Positions 61,001 to 64,000 of a DNA stretch of 64,000 nt are shown here, one piece after another. Numbering within the stretch: position 1 is the first letter of the stretch; each line of letters begins with the position of its first letter. The notes under the pieces were generated by a model that did not search any database, had not been told where the DNA came from, and saw nothing but the letters and a program-made list of their open reading frames with translations. The translations under genes and the position numbers were made by a program. Source of the DNA: Candidatus Norongarragalinales archaeon (GTDB taxonomy: Archaea; Micrarchaeota; Micrarchaeia; Norongarragalinales; DASYRB01); contig DASYRB010000014.1 of assembly GCA_036004805.1 (NCBI GenBank), positions 21,330 through 85,329 of the forward strand, written 5' to 3'.

Positions 61001-64000
61001 TTCTTGCCGTTGGCCGGAACGATGAGTCTTGCTGAGAGCGATTTCTCGATGCCGGAGTTGCTGACGTCGCGCAGTTGGAAGCAACCGCTGCTGCTGGGCT
61101 GTGACAGTATTTCTTGCTGCGTGCTGAACGAGTTGTCGAAAGTTATCGCGAGCGCGTTGTACGGAATGAGTGGCGTGATCGTGAGTTGTTGCGGCGTGCC
61201 TTGCGTCTCAAGACCGGCGCTCGTGAGCTTGATCGTGATTCCCGTAGAGTCGGCTGCTGGTTGTGGTCCTTTCTGGAATCCGAGTCCTTGTGACAGCGCG
61301 CTGCCGAGGAAGTATTGGAAGAACGAGTCCTCGAAGCGTTTTTGGTACTTGTTCGCGATGCGTTGCTTGCAGCTGCAAACTCCCGCGTACAAGCACTTGC
61401 TTTGCGGCGTTCCTGTCTTTCCTGTAAACACGCCGCTGCCGGTTGTTTGCGCGGCGGGCCTGTCGAGGCAGTCGCAGTCTTCCTGTGTTGGGCAGTCTTC
61501 GTAACTCATGCAAGCGATCGCGTTCGGTGGCAGCTTTGGTTGGCAAGCGTTGCTCGCTGGAACGTCTTGCGAAGCGAACGTCGTTCCGTAGCCGTTCGCG
61601 GTGGCTTCGAAGTGGATGTTGCAAGCGTTGCTTGGAATGTACGGCTCTACTTGGATGGTTTTTGCTTTGCGTGGCGCGAGCGCGAATGAGATCGAGTTCG
61701 CTCTGAGGTTGGTTGTGGCTTGTGCGCTGCGCAGCGTGACGCATGGCTCGTAGGTGGCGCGCACGGTGACGCGCGTGTCGAGCGTGTTGACGACCTTGAG
61801 GCCTTGTACTTTGCAGTCTTCCTCTATGCCGACTTCTTCCGGTTCGAACAATAGGAAGTCGGTCGCGCGCACTTGAATAGGCACGGGAGCGAATGCGTCG
61901 GCGAATCCTTCGCGCTTCGCCATCACGTCGATGAAACCGATCGTTGTTGCTTTGACGCGTCGGAATCTGTACACGCCGTTTTGTCCGTTGTCTTTCGTGT
62001 TGTCACCTTGGATCTCAAGCTCGTGGCCGTCGAGTGGTTGCGTGTCTTGCGCGTCCTTGAGGAAAACGCTCGCGTCGGTGATGGGTTGTCCGATGTCGTT
62101 CTGGAGCGTGACGTAAACATCGATGCGTTGGTTCGCAGCGATGCCTGGCGGTATTGCTGAAACGACCATTCTTCCCGGTCCCGTGACGCTAACGAAGCTG
62201 TCTTCGCTGAGTATCGCGCCACGCGAATCGCCGAATTCTATTCGCACTCGCGAGTTCGGGTTGACGAGTTGTGCGGTGGTGTCGGTGGTGATGAAGAACT
62301 CGTTCGGTAGTGAAGAGCCGCCTATCTTGACTTGGAAGTCGTGGTTGCCGTTCGCGTTTCCGCTCGGTATTGTTGCTGGAGTGCCTTGGTAGTTGCCGAA
62401 CGATAGCGCGTTGTCGGGGCTCGAAACTTTCAGGTAGGCGGTTGGTAGTTCGACGCTGCTTGGGGCTACGAGTCGCACTTCGGCGCGAGTCACGAACTGC
62501 GTTCCATACGGCACGTTGAAGCCGCGTCCGCCGCTGGATTGCGCGTTGCTGTATGAAACGGAAATGCATCCGTCGTTCGTGCAGCTCGTCGTGCCTGTTT
62601 GTATTGGGATGCTCTTGAGGCTTGTTTGCGCGTAGCACTCGTCCTTGAGCGCGGTGCGTTGCGAAATGCCGAGTTCCGAGTCTTCGGGCGTTCGCACGTA
62701 GACGTCGTTCTTGCGCGCGTACGCACGGTAGTAAAGATTGAGCTTGTCGCCTTGCTGCGCAGTGGGTTTGATGAGGACTTGCGCATCGACGCAGTAGACG
62801 CCTGCGGGTTGTTGGTATACGGCGGTGAACCATTTCGCGTTGCCGCTCGCTTGTTGGTTCAAGTAATCGTTGCTGCAGCTTCCGCCCGGCGTGTTGGTTG
62901 ACGCGCTGTAGATCGATGAAGAACCGGGCGCTGCGTTCGACGGGTTGAGAATAGTTACGAAGTCTTCTTGTTCGCTTTGTTTGTCACTGGCGCGCACGTA
63001 GATTCCTGCTTCCTGCGCGTCTCCCGGAAGATTGGCGCAAATTATTGCGTCATAAGTGGCGCCGCGGTCTGCTGCTTGTGCGGAGCGTCCGTTGCGTTGT
63101 ATGTCGACGCTTACTATCGAGAGGTTGTTGCGCAGTGATGCTGGCACGAGTGGTAGTGATTTTTGTATGGTTTGTTTGGGTCCGACGTTGAGTTGTTCGC
63201 TCGTTGTAGAAACGTAGCTCGCGGCGTCTGCGCGGATAGTGATTTGCGCGTTGGCGCGGACTTTTACGTTGCAGCTGCCGCCGGTCGTGGTGCATTGCGC
63301 GACGGGCAGGTTGCCTTCGAACGCGTTCACCGTTCCATCAATCACGCTCTTCGTCGTGGCATCTTTGAGTGTGACGCTGATGGTGCCTTGCGCGGGTCCG
63401 AGCTTGATTTGTGCTTGCGCGGGTTCGCCGAGGTCGATGTTGAAAACGTCGCTTTCAGCGTCGCGCGCGTCGATCGCGGCTCGCGCTTTGATGTTTGTTG
63501 TTAGTGGCAGTTGTTCGAAAGTCGCGATGCCGTTGCCGTCAGTGATTTCGCGTGGCGCGCCGAGGTAGAAACCGTCGTTGTTGAACAGGTCGACGTCAGC
63601 TCCTGATACGGGCACGCCGTCTTCATCGACGACGCTCACTTCTGCACTGCCGTAGTTTCCGATCACGGCGCGCGGTAGCGTGATGGTGCTGGAATCGCCT
63701 GCTTGCAGTGGCGCGGCGCAGCCGGCGCATGCTGGTAGGTAGTCTTCGTGTGAAGCGGTGATGTATGCGTTGACGCCTTTCGCGAGCACGAACGATGCTT
63801 GTCCGTTAGTGTTCGTCGTGCTGCGCAGTCGCGCTTTGTCGGGCGTGTTGGTGAAGAACATCGTGAGCAACGCGTCTTGAATCGCTGCGCCGCTCTCGTC
63901 AATGATTTTTACAGTGATTGTAGAGTGTGTGGAGCCGAACGCTGCGTCTTTTCTCTGCATCGTTACGCGGAACTCGGTGTCGCGCGTGCTGCTCGCGATC
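58012..64000 (-). CDS. Giant (more than 1995 aa) surface protein, 5'-truncated by the window edge; architectural paralogue of the 2490-aa protein
   Basis: The frame stays open from 63960 to the window end (..IASSTRDTEFRVT before the first Met), so the gene starts outside the window. It has CarboxypepD_reg-like units (ITVKIIDESGAAIQDA...TNTNGQASF; AEVSVVDEDGVPVSGADVDLF...TDGNGIATF). Cys-rich and beta-rich regions follow, with an Ala/Gly-rich hydrophobic segment near nt ~60000-60090. Confidence 0.85.
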   Translation of the reverse strand, partial: IASSTRDTEFRVTMQRKDAAFGSTHSTITVKIIDESGAAIQDALLTMFFTNTPDKARLRSTTNTNGQASFVLAKGVNAYITASHEDYLPACAGCAAPLQAGDSSTITLPRAVIGNYGSAEVSVVDEDGVPVSGADVDLFNNDGFYLGAPREITDGNGIATFEQLPLTTNIKARAAIDARDAESDVFNIDLGEPAQAQIKLGPAQGTISVTLKDATTKSVIDGTVNAFEGNLPVAQCTTTGGSCNVKVRANAQITIRADAASYVSTTSEQLNVGPKQTIQKSLPLVPASLRNNLSIVSVDIQRNGRSAQAADRGATYDAIICANLPGDAQEAGIYVRASDKQSEQEDFVTILNPSNAAPGSSSIYSASTNTPGGSCSNDYLNQQASGNAKWFTAVYQQPAGVYCVDAQVLIKPTAQQGDKLNLYYRAYARKNDVYVRTPEDSELGISQRTALKDECYAQTSLKSIPIQTGTTSCTNDGCISVSYSNAQSSGGRGFNVPYGTQFVTRAEVRLVAPSSVELPTAYLKVSSPDNALSFGNYQGTPATIPSGNANGNHDFQVKIGGSSLPNEFFITTDTTAQLVNPNSRVRIEFGDSRGAILSEDSFVSVTGPGRMVVSAIPPGIAANQRIDVYVTLQNDIGQPITDASVFLKDAQDTQPLDGHELEIQGDNTKDNGQNGVYRFRRVKATTIGFIDVMAKREGFADAFAPVPIQVRATDFLLFEPEEVGIEEDCKVQGLKVVNTLDTRVTVRATYEPCVTLRSAQATTNLRANSISFALAPRKAKTIQVEPYIPSNACNIHFEATANGYGTTFASQDVPASNACQPKLPPNAIACMSYEDCPTQEDCDCLDRPAAQTTGSGVFTGKTGTPQSKCLYAGVCSCKQRIANKYQKRFEDSFFQYFLGSALSQGLGFQKGPQPAADSTGITIKLTSAGLETQGTPQQLTITPLIPYNALAITFDNSFSTQQEILSQPSSSGCFQLRDVSNSGIEKSLSARLIVPANGKKTIAAVFSGQKCLTKSITSDGKFKIGFSGAEDQRSKTFDIGAFSIGGLGKKSYSVAVNIVGNNPSKLALILTPGPTANITARAEPKLKESIEPLLLVNNIALAPISDIPNTEISIAQTETVNVKPGELPSEQKLVITTSGAKAVASAGGSPTDVKYDYAKLINIAPDLGRTSANDQGFAQFDSVGSLYTDAPTLERCRDGYCTRAITQDTVKALVNEELKEYVPGTFTTEDKLGNWLARFSDAGVYALYTVAGEMCRDPDYQACTIAQGASAQNLVCDPTVQVQAICQGTIGDKAWFVAKRKGQVATQLGISGIQAACNVALIGGIAKASSLAGAMRLGQNYPGFVQYQTPGMQGFSPYQYNYYNQFQPPTSPAVAGLFGTPFGPDPTGQQTESKYQKVSEAVPLLTNKITVNVPERKAGADAGTQLFTCDATLQTGNTAPDISCKKTNDQKYQYVKLEKDTYTVQSAKVTDSNPGINLATLNKYKFNQPDPSLDVMGIYQPLADAQGNPRFQDAQPSIEVRSCYYEWQCTTAKADAIGTSIIHPTTTENKTGATRISIDGVVKVFQELKDYFTATRATTRTLKNLVTDSSASGQWVCNAVPVNDPSICPVMTSSSFLLNKPSNTMQPLEKTVLWGTKFGGDAGKIIPGQIVVYASGNALIAASRPPITIALGSTPITITGVEEPSWSNFITRKIVSYLANDAQTSLNETRISSCYRAYDDKAHTLSLLCPPQDDRERTTLLNIPGSTAPASDQPLTLEESAGYSSAPTTTTTPSTGATTTPTSALSCTSASVRASTGNMIDFTLTFNRDPSAVTRNQIRLSTFKPSGERDVTALTPPATIIPSGNRLTGHFEATYVPGNTYAFTIAPTSGPETSCQYTVPATVQYHTLQSSSTTQPYSSCKVDLSGSSPSIRVDFSQDNIAGKPLSSFYFGIIYKSTVLNADTVFNGQNPYISTVGPTNAFPASFTSGDIVTFRLCDKTSNACPSGGTCIADRAS

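Noticed and set aside
50621-63568. Large off-frame or antisense ORFs within the two giant genes, for example 50621-51547(+) 308 aa, 57296-57922(-) 208 aa, 58523-59218(-) 231 aa, 60593-61504(+) 303 aa and 62189-62833(-) 214 aa
   Set aside because: Each lies inside an uninterrupted multi-kb frame with recognisable beta-sandwich repeats. Their own sequences are Arg/His/Thr/Ser low complexity.
1-64000. A search for CRISPR arrays, transposases, integrases, IS inverted repeats, prophage or DGR (reverse transcriptase) signatures, inteins and rRNA genes
   Set aside because: I found no regularly spaced direct repeats, no recognisable recombinase or RT motifs, and no intein blocks in RtcB, Lhr or PpsA. 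The only DNA repeats are intragenic (the HEAT gene, the giant-gene module duplication and the Gly-codon repeats).
1-64000. A bacterial (for example CPR) origin for the contig
   Set aside because: aRF1 with NIKS/GGQ, NucS with a PIP box, RtcB/TruD/DUF424, archaeal-type SRP RNA end-pairing and TATA-box spacing before the RNA genes all point to Archaea. The DPANN-like assignment itself remains an inference.

Overview
This is a 64-kb, gene-dense contig with roughly 50-55% GC by eye. It is archaeal: it encodes aRF1 (NIKS and GGQ motifs), RtcB, TruD, NucS/EndoMS with a C-terminal PIP box, DUF424 and FtsZ. It also has three tRNAs without encoded CCA, A/T-rich TATA-like boxes about 25-30 nt upstream of the RNA genes, and an SRP RNA whose 5' and 3' ends pair. 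I infer, but cannot prove here, that it comes from an uncultivated DPANN-like or similarly reduced archaeon. The basis is housekeeping genes interleaved with many secreted or anchored proteins and four giant surface proteins.

Housekeeping content:
- Repair and nucleic-acid genes: nucS and an Lhr-core helicase translationally coupled to a metallophosphoesterase.
- Translation and RNA processing: rtcB, truD, serS and aRF1.
- Other core functions: ftsZ, ppsA, proline iminopeptidase, HIT hydrolase, DUF59 Fe-S factor, a radical-SAM activase, a ZIP transporter with a membrane-tethered ArsR regulator, and an MFS transporter.
- RNA genes: tRNA-Leu(CAA), tRNA-Ala(CGC), tRNA-Ser(GCU), and an SRP RNA at about 23786-24056 that the ORF track cannot show.

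Main hunt results:
1. About 24 of the 64 kb encodes four giant extracytoplasmic proteins of 1771, 1664, 2490 and more than 1995 aa.
2. From 64000 down to 43530, 14 minus-strand ORFs sit nearly back to back. Two tandem giant CarboxypepD_reg-repeat proteins are followed by a small anchored protein, DUF424 and eight tiny polytopic membrane proteins, with no recognisable ATPase, pilin or secretin. This is my best candidate for an undescribed cell-surface or host-interaction system.
3. One giant protein carries an AbrB/SpoVT-like cytoplasmic tail after its C-terminal TM helix.
4. Another giant combines a CUB-like module, Cys-rich modules, an HExxH motif and a Gly-rich GGN-repeat C-terminus.
5. A class-I GAPDH homologue has Thr in place of the catalytic Cys.
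6. There are three ATPase-less, signal-anchored Lon-type (S16) protease domains.
7. A ParB/Srx-fold gene is translationally coupled to ppsA.
8. A PIN-domain gene pair looks like a toxin-antitoxin module.
9. A roughly 370-nt non-coding gap has promoter-like and terminator-like signals.

I saw no CRISPR array, transposase, integrase or rRNA. All family assignments rest on motif recognition by eye and none was confirmed by a search.
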